The notes beneath the pieces were generated by a model. That model saw only the letters and a list, made by a program, of their open reading frames with translations, did not search any database and was not told where the DNA came from. A stretch of DNA of 63,132 nt, filler included, from Octopus bimaculoides (taxonomy: Eukaryota): assembly GCF_001194135.2 (NCBI RefSeq). It is 3 parts of 3 records of this genome, joined end to end, with 100 filler letters (N's around TTAATTAATTAA, not from the genome) between each part and the next. Parts side by side here need not be neighbours in the genome. Positions count along the whole stretch, not along the records: positions 19,394 to 49,448 come from NC_068990.1; 2 more parts are not named here. One strand, given 5' to 3'. Position numbers and translations under genes: made by a program. Below, piece by piece: positions 36,660 to 49,548 of this stretch. The stretch's first letter is position 1. Every line of letters begins with the position of its first letter.

Positions 36660-36880
36660 TAATTACAGGTATAATCCTGAATTGTAATCTGGGTAGAGTA
36701 ACTGATTTCTCAATAGTTCAGTGTAGGTATTCGCTTTTCTAACATCCGCTGGGCAGCTGATTTCTACTACTACACACGTTTTCTCTTCTCCGTCCCAGAT
36801 CACTATGCCAGATCTATTATGTTTACATTTTATTGAGGTCTTCACTGGGACATTCCACCAGTACTTCCAGTATGTATGTA
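36660..36880 (-). mobile_element. Non-LTR retrotransposon restriction-like endonuclease fragment
   Basis: KCKHNRSGIVIWDGEEKTCVVVEISCPAD resembles the HNRPDIV...IE-SCP RLE motif. Followed by a (TATG)n tract at 36870-36970. Confidence 0.65.
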
Positions 36881-37459
36881 TGTATGTTTGTATGTTTGTA
36901 TGTATGTATGTTTGTATGTATGTATGTATGTATGTTTGTATGTATGTATGTATGTATGTATGTATGTACGTATGCAGATTTGTCCTGGGTATGACATTCA
37001 ATTGCATCCGTTGGTGAGATTCCACTTCGGGTGTTCTGGTGTTGTGGGCAGCGTGGAGTCGCCCCTTTATTACCGTTACTCCCAGATCCATTCTGATCTG
37101 CAACGGTATTACCTGTCAGGGTCCCGTCTATGGGTTAAACCGATTTCTCCGATTTAGCGGAAGCTCCCGCTATTTTTGACAGAGCAATGGCGAAGGCAGC
37201 TCTTCATATGGGAAAAATACTCTGATATAAATCTTGCAGTCAGAACAATACCAGTCATCTTGCAATGCTTGTCATTGGAACCGAGTGAGTGGCAAAAATG
37301 TTGTACAACCTTTACAATGACGTACCGATGTTTCACAATTATTTCACATCTTCATCGGCTTTGTATTTTATAAAGTAATGTGAGACGGTTATCATCTGAT
37401 AAGTTTAGGTAATCATCACATATATAGACGTATATATACATATGCATATTATTATATGA

Positions 37460-37885
37460 AAAAATATATACGGGTTAGACAAAGTTAAGGAAACATGTTG
37501 TTGAGTGAAAGTTATATTATTTAGTACAGAGTTGGTCCCCCTTCAGCATAAATCGCAACTGTAATGTGTCGAAGAATTGATAGGTACAAGTGCTGAATTG
37601 CTGTTAGGGGAATGTTCAGTCATTCTTTAAGAAAACCCTGCTTAAGCTCTTTCGGTGACGATGGCGGAGATAAGAGGCTTCTCCCCGGCTGATCTAAGCT
37701 GCGCCATAAACATTCGATTATATTGTGAGATCTGGTGATTAAGGATAATAATCCATGTGGTCTACTTCCCTTTTGTGCCTTTCTTACCAATTTAGAATTA
37801 GCCATGTTAATCGTCACATTATGGTCCTGGAAAATTGAGCCAACATTAGGGAATAATATTTGCACGATGGGATCAGCCAAAACAT
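37460..37885 (-). mobile_element. Tc1-like transposase relic (3' part)
   Basis: FQDHNVTINMA...NIIECLWRSLDQ resembles FQDDNAPIHTA...NIIExLW. Confidence 0.55.
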
Positions 37886-38311
37886 TCAGATAATCCTTGG
37901 CGTTAAATCCTCTTCCAGCCTCCTACTTCTTCTCTTCTCTCCTTCTTCCTCAGAGTTTTTCAGGTAGGTGTCCAGGCCAATTGTGGCCATCTTCATTGTT
38001 AATTCCAGTTGTAAAAGTCCACGGTTACCCTCTTTTCTTGGCAGGTAAAGTCGTTCTATATCTGCCTTAGAGTGGCGCAATCTATGCATTGCCAACAATT
38101 TTCGTATTTTTCCATCAAGATTACATATTTCAGTAATTGACCAGTTAAAGATATTGAAACTGTAAGTCAGGACCGGTATAGCTAAAGTATTGATCGCTTC
38201 GATCCTGTTTCTTGCATTCAGCTCTGTCTCGAGAATTGCCTTTACCCTGCGATAACATTCTCTTTTGATCCTTTCCTGCATCACTGAATGTTTGATTCCT
38301 AATTTGTTCAC
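37886..38311 (-). mobile_element. R4/Dong-like non-LTR RT C-terminal fragment
   Basis: RRVKAILETELNARNRIEAINTLAIPVLTYSF...LDGKIRKLL...ADIERLYLPRKEGNRGLLQLE. Confidence 0.8.
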
Positions 38312-39009
38312 TAATTAACTAATCAATTACGTGATCAATCAATCAGTAAGACTGACAGAAAATAACAAACAGTGTGTGTTGGTACGGAGAAGGACAGACG
38401 AGGCCAGAGCCGATGACAAAAGGACTCTAACGAATCAAATGATTGATTGAAGAAACAATTGATCAAACAATTGATTAATCAGTTTGTTAACTTTTCCAGT
38501 AATCAGAATAAGAAGAAATTAAATACATTCACTGCGTATGGTTATATGTATATGTGGTATATGCATGTATATGTATATGTATTAATAATGATAAGGAGAA
38601 CGGATATTTTTCACATCTGTAATTTTATTTAACAGCTATTTACAACATCCTTTACTGGACCTACACGCATTTCAACTGCACCAACTGCACATTCTTGGAT
38701 ATGCAACCTAGTGTCATGGTCGGTACAGTTTCATCAGGGTCCTTACTCTTTGTCATTTCGAAGTTAAACTGAGGGAATCAGTAACTGAATAAAGTGGTTT
38801 TTAGGAGGTATGGGTGCTACTATTAATAGCTGTAAGAATCTTGGCCTAGGGTTCACCTCTACTAAATGTGGTAGGTGAAACGAAATATAGTCCTCAAAAT
38901 AGGCCAAGGCTGGATTGAATGTTTATGTAGATTTATCAAGAAATTTACTATGTCGGTCATTTCAAAGAGAATATTCTTAGTTCAGAGGTATTCAATCAAG
39001 TTTGATTTA

Positions 39010-39960
39010 CACTGAACTGCAAAAGAAACGCGAGACGTGTCTGACTGTGAAATGTGTTTTAATTTCATTAAGTTAGAGATAAATTTGGATAAATCCCACA
39101 GTCTATGGGTCGTTGTAATGTGTTCTGGTAGTGGGCGGACCCAAGCACATCCAGATTGTAGGGCGTGACATGTTCAATACCGTGTATGCCCTCCCTGGGC
39201 GTTCAAAACGGCCATACACTGTAGTGCATGAGGCGGTTCACAAAAGAAATTGGCACCTATACCCACACCCTGAGGAAAGCTGCATCCAGTTTCACACGAC
39301 TTGTCGGCCTTGCGACCATCAGGTTCAGCCGTCCCTGGATTTCATCCCACAGGTGTTCAATTGGGTTCAAATCCGGGCTGAGATCCGGCCACGGCATGGT
39401 TCTGATGTTGTGCTGACACAGGAAGTTCATGGTGACCCTAGCCATGTGGGAGGGAGCATTGTCCTGCTGGAACACGTAGCTGTGGTGATGTGCGAAGAAG
39501 GGCACGGTGTGAGGTCTTAGGATCTGGTCAACGTAGCGCTGCGCTCTGATGCCATTCCTTTTACCTGCACCAACATTTTGGAACACATGGGACCCAACTC
39601 TCTGTAATCAGGCTTATAGCACCCTAAACTATGATGCTTTGACCACCCCACGCGTCTCTCTCTATGACACATGCGTCTCTGTAGTGTTCACTCCTCCTAC
39701 GTCACACCCTCACTCTGCCGTCCGAGATAGAAACATAGTACCGGCTCTCGTCAGAAAAAAACTATCGACCTCCATTGTTGATGCCGCCAATGTCGGTTCT
39801 GTGTAGTCCACTGTAGTCGTGCCTGACGGTAGCGGGCGGTGAGTACAGCCCCTCGAACAGGATGACGACCAACGCAGTTTGTTGGCAGCCAGTCGACGTC
39901 GTACCGTGCCGTCGCTGATGGGTCACTGTCCAGTGCCATGGTCTCGCGAGCTGTCACGTT
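39010..39960 (-). mobile_element. Tc1-like transposon relic
   Basis: ARLQW...WRSIVFSDE, FQQDNAPSH and WPDLSPDLNPIEHLWD motifs; TA|CACTGAACTGCAAAAGAAACG terminus at 39008-39030. Confidence 0.88.
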
Positions 39961-40339
39961 TCAGGGAAATTTAAAGGTTATCTGCAATTTGGGTCTCAGC
40001 CATAACAATATGAAAATGACATTTGAAAAAATCGCATTTCTTTTGCAGTTCAGTATATTATCTCTTCCAATTCTATTATTATTTTCTATGTTGGTTTCAT
40101 TAAGGGTAATCTCTTATTTTGCCTATTTTCTAGGTTATTTCTTCTATTCCCATTGATGACATTCTGGGTACTGTACTCTCTGGCGTTCTTGTCTTCCTTT
40201 CCTAGTCTCACATTGGAGTTGGTTACGGTTCCATCTGTTATAGCTATTTCTCGCGCCCCGAGCTTGGTTAACTATACTAACATCGTTACTATTTATTGCC
40301 AATGTACTGTTTATTCGGGTTCCTACCATCAGTATTCTC

Positions 40340-40560
40340 ACGAAATTACTTAATTTACTCGCGTTGTGTGCTGCTATAATTTGCACGAGGTTTCGGCTAT
40401 TGGAAAATGCAAGCCTAATTTTATGTCTACTAAACACTTTAAAGAATTTGCTGTTCTTTGGAAAATATGTTTCCAGTGTCGAGTAGAACAATTTGGGAAT
40501 GCTGGAAAGAATTTGCTTTCCGAAGGGAATTATATACCATTCGACATTACTAGCAATATG
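40340..40560 (-). mobile_element. Penelope-like RT-EN linker relic
   Basis: YFPKNSKFFKVFSRHKIRLAFSNSRNLVQIIAAHN parallels the linker of the 60.3-62.7 kb element. Confidence 0.6.
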
Positions 40561-40729
40561 AAGAACTAGTAGTCCTTATTATTACTCTACTCAAAATATG
40601 CAGTCCTGAATAGGACACTCGGATTTACCAAGCGAGAACAGTTACCAGAGCGTAGCAACTTATTGGAAGTTCGGGTATCACAAAATGACCCAATCAGACA
40701 GGTTTAAATAGGATCAGATCAGTTCGACT

Positions 40730-40950
40730 TGTTTGATGAAAAGGTTTGATGAAATGCTTGATGAAGATGAGATGTTTGATGAAAATGTTTGATGATGCTT
40801 GGTAGAAATGTTTGATGAAGATGTTTGGTGAAGTTGTTTGATGGAAATGTTTGATGGATGTGACCGGTCTGATCCGATTTCGACTGGTCTGGACTAGTCT
40901 GAATCGGTTTTGACCGGTCTTATCCGTTTTCGACCGGTCTGAACTAGTTT
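40730..40950. repeat. Degenerate ~12-bp (GAAATGTTTGAT) repeat followed by ~10-bp-period GACCGGTCT-type repeats
   Basis: Directly visible. Confidence 0.75.
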
Positions 40951-42163
40951 GTTCAAAACAAAAAGCGAAAAGAAAACGGAATAGAAAAGCAAAAATAAAT
41001 AAATAAATAAATAAACAGGGTTATATCATGATCTATAAAACATACATAATCTATATTAAGACATGAACAGTTCTGAATTACGTTCCCAACAGAAAAAACG
41101 TAGTTAAATAAAAAATGGTGTTTCAGTTATTTTGTCCAGCTCCTGTTCATGCTGTTAAGTATGTATGTATGTATGTATGTATGTATGTATGTATGTGTAC
41201 ATAATCATTCATACATTGATACCGTCATCCACGTATATAATATAATATAATATACATTTACTCATAAATGCATACATAGACGTACATACATACATACACA
41301 CATACATACACACAACGAACTGTCTCAACAAAAACCTGGAAAAATTAGGGTTCTCAAAACCTGAAAGAAAAAGGCTGATTAGAAGACTACAGATTCAAGC
41401 CATCAATGGAACTGTAAAGATATGTAAAACTTTCCAAAAATTTAGCACATAAATACATATGCATGCATCTAGACATAAAAATGCATCCATAAAACAAACA
41501 TACAAATCTGCGCATACACTAACACCAAATACTGCACACACACACATATATGCACAAATACCTAGATGATGTTGATAAAAGTTCCAATGAAGGAGCCTTG
41601 AATCTATGTTAGAGTTCGGCTCTTTCTCTATGGACAAGAAATACAGAAATGAAACTGATTGACATACATACATACATACATATGTCTACATGATATAATT
41701 TACGCATGTATTTTTTTGTGTATATAAGTAAAACGTGCTTATTGAAGATATTTCTTTAGTGAAACTGGTCTACGGCGTTCTTTTTATCTCTCTATAAAGG
41801 TAAATATACATTTCGCCGGAATGTCTTTCATATCAGCTTACGTCCAGAGCAGACATCGATAAAATCTTACTGCATGAGGTTTGTCTGATTCGGGATAATC
41901 ATTGTTAGTTTGTTCTGTTATTCCAGCTTCACCTGGAGTTTCTGCTATTATTGTTGTTGTTGCTGTTAATTCAATATTGATCGGGGGCGGGGGGCACGTT
42001 TGGTTAAAAGCACTTTCTGACCATGACTATCACCGTTCTTTTTGTATACAGGGAGTTTTCTATCATCCTTCTCTATCAATTGTATTTGCTCCAGACAATC
42101 CTGCCATTTAATCAAATTTGTACTTTAAAGATAAGTGAAATGAACTAAAAGGATATTGCTTAT

Positions 42164-42630
42164 TTACCTTCTCATCATATGTTCGACACTTATGACGTGC
42201 TTTATAATTTAAGAAAAAAAAAAGTGATTTAAAAACATAAAACTTATTCATATATATTGATTAAACGTTTACTATTTACAATCTTTATTACGTATTTACA
42301 AAATAGATAAATATATAAATGCAAACTATTTTATCATTATGATATGCAGATAGGAAAGAAAAACATGAGCTTACTCACTAAATGAGATACAAACATTCTA
42401 TATTATAAACGGGACTATACAAACTGAATGTGACGTACTTATATACGTAGAAATACAAAACAGGAACTGATAAATGTATATGAAACAACTATTGTATGCG
42501 AACACACAAAATACTTTACAAACTGTATGAACTCAATGTAATAACTATCTATCTAGCTAGCTGTTTGTCTAATTAACTAACATATCTACTATCCCTTCTG
42601 CTAATGCATGTATCTATCTACCCTCATAAT
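42164..42630 (+). repeat. Near-identical direct duplicate of 46038-46487
   Basis: About 3 substitutions and one 17-nt indel over ~450 bp. Confidence 0.9.
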
Positions 42631-43272
42631 NNNNNNNNNNNNNNNNNNNNNNNNNNNNNNNNNNNNNNNNNNNNNNNNNNNNNNNNNNNNNNNNNNNNNN
42701 NNNNNNNNNNNNNNNNNNNNNNNNNNNNNNNNNNNNNNNNNNNNNNNNNNNNNNNNNNNNNNNNNNNNNNNNNNNNNNNNNNNNNNNNNNNNNNNNNNNN
42801 NNNNNNNNNNNNNNNNNNNNNNNNNNNNNNNNNNNNNNNNNNNNNNNNNNNNNNNNNNNNNNNNNNNNNNNNNNNNNNNNNNNNNNNNNNNNNNNNNNNN
42901 NNNNNNNNNNNNNNNNNNNNNNNNNNNNNNNNNNNNNNNNNNNNNNNNNNNNNNNNNNNNNNNNNNNNNNNNNNNNNNNNNNNNNNNNNNNNNNNNNNNN
43001 NNNNNNNNNNNNNNNNNNNNNNNNNNNNNNNNNNNNNNNNNNNNNNNNNNNNNNNNNNNNNNNNNNNNNNNNNNNNNNNNNNNNNNNNNNNNNNNNNNNN
43101 NNNNNNNNNNNNNNNNNNNNNNNNNNNNNNNNNNNNNNNNNNNNNNNNNNNNNNNNNNNNNNGGCTTTTCATCCTTACGGGGTCGATAAATTAAATATCA
43201 ATTGCGTTGTGGGGTCGATCTAATCGACTGGCCCCCTCCCACCAAATTTTAGGCCTTGTGCCTATAGTAGAA

Positions 43273-43334
<62 letters not shown>

Positions 43335-43550
43335 GATAGCGAGCTGGCAGAGTCGTTAGCATGCTGGGCAAATTGCTTAGCGGCTTTTCGTCCGTCTTTA
43401 CATTCTGAGTTCAAATTCTACCGAGCTCGACTTAGCCTTTCATCCTGCCGGGGTCGAAAAAATTAGTACTAGTTGAGCACTGGGGTCGATGTAATCGACT
43501 TAGCGCCTTTCCCGAAATTTCACGCCTTGCGCCTATAGTAGAAAGGATTA
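43335..43550 (+). mobile_element. Short SINE (family C) between (ATT)n and (ATC)n tracts
   Basis: GCGAGCTGGCAGAGTCGTTAGC...CTGAGTTCAAATTCT...GCCTATAGTAGAAAGGATT. Other copies at 47760-48000 and 54600-54810. Confidence 0.75.
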
Positions 43551-43565
43551 TCATCATCGTCATCG

Positions 43566-43598
<33 letters not shown>

Positions 43599-44010
43599 CC
43601 ATCATCATCATTGCTGTTGGTTTGTTGTTCTTTTTTTTGTTGTTGTTACTGAACCTATGTTGCTATCCCCATCTGCTGGGACTTCTCATTTCATTCCTAT
43701 TGTATACTGTTGACTTCTATTATTATTTGAAATAACAACTAAAATGGTTTTAGTTTCTTTTCCTGGATTTTACGCTTTATTTGTGATACGACTGGGAGTT
43801 GTCCTCTCTATAGTTTACTATAAACAGTTTTAAAAAGGAGTTTGTGTCAAATTCCATGTTTTCTGTATCTACTTGGGGGAGAACTAGTTGTTTTCTATAT
43901 ATAAACACACACACACAAACGCACACATAAATAAACACATCCATATGTAAGTTGTAATGTATATACATAGATGCATATATAATACACTCACACACACACA
44001 CACACACACA

Positions 44011-44050
<40 letters not shown>

Positions 44051-44357
44051 NNNNNNNNNNNNNNNNNNNNNNNNNNNNNNNNNNNNNNNNNNNNNNNNNN
44101 NNNNNNNNNNNNNNNNNNNNNNNNNNNNNNNNNNNNNNNNNNNNNNNNNNNNNNNNNNNNNNNNNNNNNNNNNNNNNNNNNNNNNNNNNNNNNNNNNNNN
44201 NNNNNNNNNNNNNNNNNNNNNNNNNNNNNNNNNNNNNNNNNNNNNNNNNNNNNNNNNNNNNNNNNNNNNNNNNNNNNNNNNNNNNNNNNNNNNNNNNNNN
44301 NNNNNNNNNNNNNNNNNNNNNNNNNNNNNNNNNNNNNNNNNNNNNNNNNNNNNNNNN

Positions 44358-44592
44358 TCATCGATGAAAATCCACTATCACATATAGAAAAATTAATAAT
44401 TAAAAGCACAATAAATGAGTATAATATAAAGTAAAGTAAATATCATAAGATAAATATAATATAATATAATATAATATAATATATATTATATTATATTTAT
44501 CTTATGATATTTACTTTACTTTATATTATACTCATTTATTGTGCTTTTAATTATTAATTTTTCTATATGTGATAGTGGATTTTCATCGATGA
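44358..44592. repeat. 235-bp AT-rich palindrome with a (TATAA)n centre
   Basis: tcatcgatgaaaatccac...gataaatataat mirrors attatatttatc...gtggattttcatcgatga. Confidence 0.9.
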
Positions 44593-44623
44593 GTTCTTGA
44601 AAATTGGTTATTTTCCCTAAAAC

Positions 44624-44654
<31 letters not shown>

Positions 44655-45334
44655 TACAGGAAATGGACTATATGAGAAACTTTATGCACACATGCATACA
44701 TACACACGCATATCTATCTATCAAACTTTATTTATGTAGCTGTATCTATTTATCTAGATGTTATATTATATTAAACACGCGCGCGCGCGCGTACGTACAT
44801 GCATACATACATACATTCATACATACATACATACATATATTGCAGTACTTGACCTTTTTCTTGGAAATATTTTCGTCTTTTTTTTCTTAACAAAAATTAC
44901 CATCGCCTTCGATGTGCTAGTGAGAGGAGAATCTTGCAAAGGTAGTGACGCCTTCCGGAATGTAAATAAAAAGTCTTTTTCTTTCAGATGAAAAGAAAAA
45001 CTGTATTGGTGGAAAAATAGAGAGAATTAGTTTGAAGGTGAAAGGAAAGAAAAACTAACAAAAAGATTTGAGAAACGTTAATGTGACGAAGTTAACAGTA
45101 AAAACATTAACAAAACGAGCACCAATGACATTGACATCATTAACAACTACAACAAAAATGCAGAAATGACACGGAAATGCAAAAAAATAATGACAATAAA
45201 TCTTTCTTTTTGCCAACCTAAATGTGGGCTGGGATGAACAGGATTTAAGATGGAAGAAACAATGAGCCATAGACGAGATAAGATCAAAACGTATGGGGAC
45301 TAGTGTTATAGAAAGAAAACTAAAATGCATATCA

Positions 45335-45730
45335 ATTCAGCATCTAATTTCTTTTGAAGCACTCCCTTTCTGAAGCCACACACTTTGTCCTGCGCCGTTT
45401 CTATTGATGGAAGCATTCTTAGCACTCATTTTGGAGGATAACGAGTAACTGCCTTGTTGCATTCTCTTAGATTTTCTCTGATTCTTGAAATCATGTCCAT
45501 TTTAAGTGACATAATGGAACCTCTGTGGTGTGGTGGATGAGACGACCACGCTACAAGCATTTTACCTCCAAGCACTGCTATAAACAACGGAAGTGGGCGA
45601 GAACGTCATAACTTAGAATGCATGCGCGCCAGAGCTCAAAGTCAATCTGCGTTAAGCGGCTTCACTCTGCATACTTTAGCTTCGTTACCATAGCAACAGT
45701 TCCGATACTTTTTGATCAGACCTCGTACGT
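45335..45730 (-). mobile_element. Internally deleted mariner
   Basis: Terminus TA|CGAGGTCTGATCAAAAAGTATCGG on the minus strand (~45728) and a C-terminal remnant KRRRTKCVASERECFKRN resembling RWxKCVxxxGxYFE. Confidence 0.6.
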
Positions 45731-46789
45731 CTTGAAAAATATGACCCTTCGTCTGAGGTGAGGTGTTTGTCGACGCGAGAGAGCAGAGAGAACCGTGGCG
45801 TACTTTTGATTCTCCTAGGAGGATTGTGAAGTAGCCAAAAGTTTCGATATACACCCATTCTCTGAAAAGGGAATATGACGGATAAAAAACAATAACAAAA
45901 ACAACCCCCCTACCTTCTTGATATGTAATGTGTGTAAAATGATCGGCGTTTTGAGATATTCTAATGTTCCATAAGTGATGGATTCCACCCTTTTAATGGT
46001 TCTTTTAGTTTGTAGTAATGAAGAAATGTTGATGTTATTACCTTCTCATCATATGTTCGACACTTATGACGTGCTTTATAATTTAAGAAAAAAAAAAGTG
46101 ATTTAAAAACATAAAACTTATTCATATATATTGACTAAACGTTTACTATTTACAATCTTTATTATGTATTTACAAAATAGATAAATATATAAATGCAAAC
46201 TATTTTATCATTATGATATGCAGATAGGAAAGAAAAACATGAGCTTACTCACTAAATGAGATACAAACATTCTATATTATAAACGGGACTATACAAACTG
46301 AATGTGACGTACTTATATACGTAGAAATACAAAACAGGAACTGATAAATGTATATGAAACACACAAAATACTTTACAAACTGTATGAACTCAATGTAATA
46401 ACTATCTATCTAGCTAGCTGTTTGTCTAATTAACTAACATATCTACTATCCCTTCTGCTAATGTATGTATCTATCTACCCTCATAATACCGATAGATATT
46501 TAAAACTAATAACACACACACGCACACACACACGCACACACACACACACACACACAAATGAATAATGGCGGCACCCAACATGGCCCCAACCTTTTGTCTG
46601 GAGCACATACAAGATAAAAGAGCAACGTTCACGACTATTTGCTAACTAAAGTTATTTCACTTTAACTATCTATCGATATGTCTTTCCATACAGATTTATA
46701 ATTCTTCATGACATTGTTTCATTTTGTAAAACATTTCAATTGTGCCAGCGATTTGAACGCACAAATGCAGAATAATATAAACTGTTTAT

Positions 46790-47410
46790 CGTCACCAAGA
46801 AATATAAACGAAACTCAAAGGGAATTTGTGTATGCAAAAATAAATAATACGAATGTGAAATTACAGTTAGATACAGGTAATGACACTACTTTAATTAAGG
46901 AAAGCACAAAGAAAGCAATCGGGAAACCTACACTACAAAAAACCTCGAAGATTGCACGTGGAGTCTCCGGGATTAAATTAATTTTTTGAAGGCGAAATTA
47001 TCTGCAACGTTGCATTTCGCTGTAAGACTATGAAAGTGAAAACGTAAGTATTAAAAAATACAAGTAACCTTTCTTTTGGAACTGACTGGATGAAATTGTT
47101 CGACTTTTGGGATTTACCCATAAATAGATTTTTTAAGAAGAGGTAATGGGATCGTGTGCCAAATACAGATTCAGAAAATATAAAAAAGAAGTGAAAAGTT
47201 TGTTTCCTGATGTTTTGTCGGAGGAATTGGTTTGATGCAATAAATTTAAAGCCAAATTTCAGGTAAAAGAAGATTCATTACCAGTTTTCAAACCCAAACG
47301 TAATGTACCGTTTGGAACAAGTGAATAAGGAATTAGACAGATTGGAAGAATGGAAGTGATTGAACAAACAGATCGACTGTTCAAATTGGGCGTCTCCAAC
47401 AGTCGACAGT
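46790..47410 (+). mobile_element. Ty3/Gypsy pol relic (aspartic protease and start of RT)
   Basis: VKLQLDTGNDTTLI (protease), LFGTDWM, FPDVLSEEL...AKFQVKEDSLPVFKPKRNVPF...ELDRLE...WASPTV. Confidence 0.85.
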
Positions 47411-47996
47411 GTTGGTCGACCATATTGGTTATTGTTTTAGTGCGACGGAAGTTGGTTCAATACTGTACCTACGTTCGAGTAGTACGAAGTGCTTTCTGTG
47501 TGAACTTAATAATTCTGCAAAAGTTTACCTTGGTAACCACATCCAAGTATTTATTTGGGCAATAATATTTTACACCCCGACCTGTACACGCATGTCCTAA
47601 CACCTTTGTTTCCGTTCCCTTCTCTTCCACCCCTTGCCCCTTCTCTTTCGATTTATACTTCTCCATTTGATTTATTACCTTCCTTGGTCTAACACACGGG
47701 CACAACAGGTAGGGCTCAAGAACAAGTAGAATTATATTATAGAAAACATTATTATTAAGGTGATGAGCTGCTAGAATCGTTACTGTGCCAGACAAAATAT
47801 TTAGTGGCATTTATTCGTTTTTATGTTCTGAGTTCAAATGCCGCCGAGGTAAACTTTGCCTTTCATCCTTTCGGAGTGGATAAAATAAATACCAGTTGAT
47901 CACATGAGTCGATGTAATCAATTAGCTCCCGCCACTCAAAATTTCAGGCCTTCCCTCTTCCCGCAAATTTCAGGCCTTGTGCCTACAGTAGAAAGG

Positions 47997-48052
<56 letters not shown>

Positions 48053-49110
48053 CATTATTATTATCATCATTATTATTATTATTGTTATTATTATTATTAT
48101 TAATTAAGTTTAAGGTCACAATGAAGTCGAAAACCAGAAACGAACTCAAAGGTACACGCTATCAAGTGATCGTTTGCTTTTTGGGACGGATATGTTCAGT
48201 CTGGAAAATTTTTGAGACGTTTACTTTCAAACAACAGAGTTTGCTGTTTTTGTAGAGGTATTTTCGCAACTGATTTCTTTTGGTTTATTATCTGTCATTC
48301 CACTCATTCGGCAACTTAAACAGCCCATCTCAATAAATCTTATATTTACTTTGTACATTCTCTTCACCATACACACAATTCAAAGGCCTTTCCGAAGTTT
48401 TTTTTTACGCTGTGACACGTCATATTAATAATCTATATCTGATTTTAATGTATATTCTTCAAATTTTAAATATGACATTTTCTCGCAGTGGTAGATTTCA
48501 AAAAAATATTAAAAATCTCAATACCGATTGTTTGTTTTCCTTTTTAATAAAACAGAACTTTCTAATCAGTTTTTCCTCCTTTGGGCAAATTACTTCTTGG
48601 TCGTCAATATATTGTTACACCGTTGAACATAAGCATTCCCAGAAGGCATTTTAGACCTAGACAGAAGATAATGGATTGTTTCCCTCTTTATCTTTTACGA
48701 CATACACACGCTTCATGTATCTCACACAGCTTTAAGTTTCTTTTACGCTCTTGTTTTCACCACGTTGTTTAATCTTTGTTAATCATATGAAACAAGGATG
48801 TTAATGATAGCAGAAATTTTTTTTCCGGAATCCAAATTATAGCTTAACCACTCACATAATTTTCCTTTAATCTAAGTGATTAAATACTTCACTCTATACA
48901 AAAAATGTTATATTAATACTTCTGGAATTTTGGCTCCTCTCAGCTCTTATGAATTAAAAAAAATATTTCACCGTATTTTCTTTCATCTACCATTCACCAT
49001 TCATTCTGATTATACATCTCCAAATGTCACTTCTTTTCCAATGCTAACCGTTATAATTTGCGCTTCTTTTCCCAGAACAGTACATACTTCTTCTTCTTCT
49101 TCTTCTTCTT

Positions 49111-49448
49111 CTTGCCCTCCGGTCGATCCTCCTTAACGGATTTGAAGTGTACTCATTCCGATCGCGGGGCCTCGACGGAGTCCCGCGTCGTTATTTTTCG
49201 TCACTACCTCCCCGTGCCGGGAGTGGGTAATTTGCGCGCCTGCTGCCTTCCTTGGATGTGGTAGCCATTTCGCATGCTCCCTCTCCGGAATCGAACCCTG
49301 ATTCCCCGTTACCCGCTGCCACCACGGTTGGCACTTACCGGACCGTCGACAGTTGATAGGGCGGACTCGCGAAGGTTAGTCGATACTAGCCCGTGCGATC
49401 GTACTGACAGTTATCCAGAGTCACCAAAATCGAAGGGGCGTGAAGCCT
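49111..49448 (-). rRNA. 18S rRNA fragment (~340 bp of the 5' domain), probably a pseudogene or orphan
   Basis: Conserved 18S strings in reverse complement: CGGGTAACGGGGAATCAGGGTTCGATTCCGGAGAGGGAGC and GGCTACCACATCCAAGGAAGGCAGCAGGCGCGCAAATTACCCAC. Ends at GGAGGGCAAG. Confidence 0.92.
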
Positions 49449-49548
49449 NNNNNNNNNNNNNNNNNNNNNNNNNNNNNNNNNNNNNNNNNNNNTTAATTAA
49501 TTAANNNNNNNNNNNNNNNNNNNNNNNNNNNNNNNNNNNNNNNNNNNN
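49449..49548. other. Synthetic scaffold spacer 44N-TTAATTAATTAA-44N
   Basis: Identical design to 19294-19393. Confidence 0.9.

Noticed and set aside
45684-45697. RFX X-box as the promoter of a ciliary gene
   Set aside because: It lies inside a mariner terminus and no downstream gene was identified; kept only as a transposon-borne motif.
49111-49448. Functional rDNA locus
   Set aside because: The 18S stops abruptly at a microsatellite about one third of the way in; no ITS, 5.8S or 28S.
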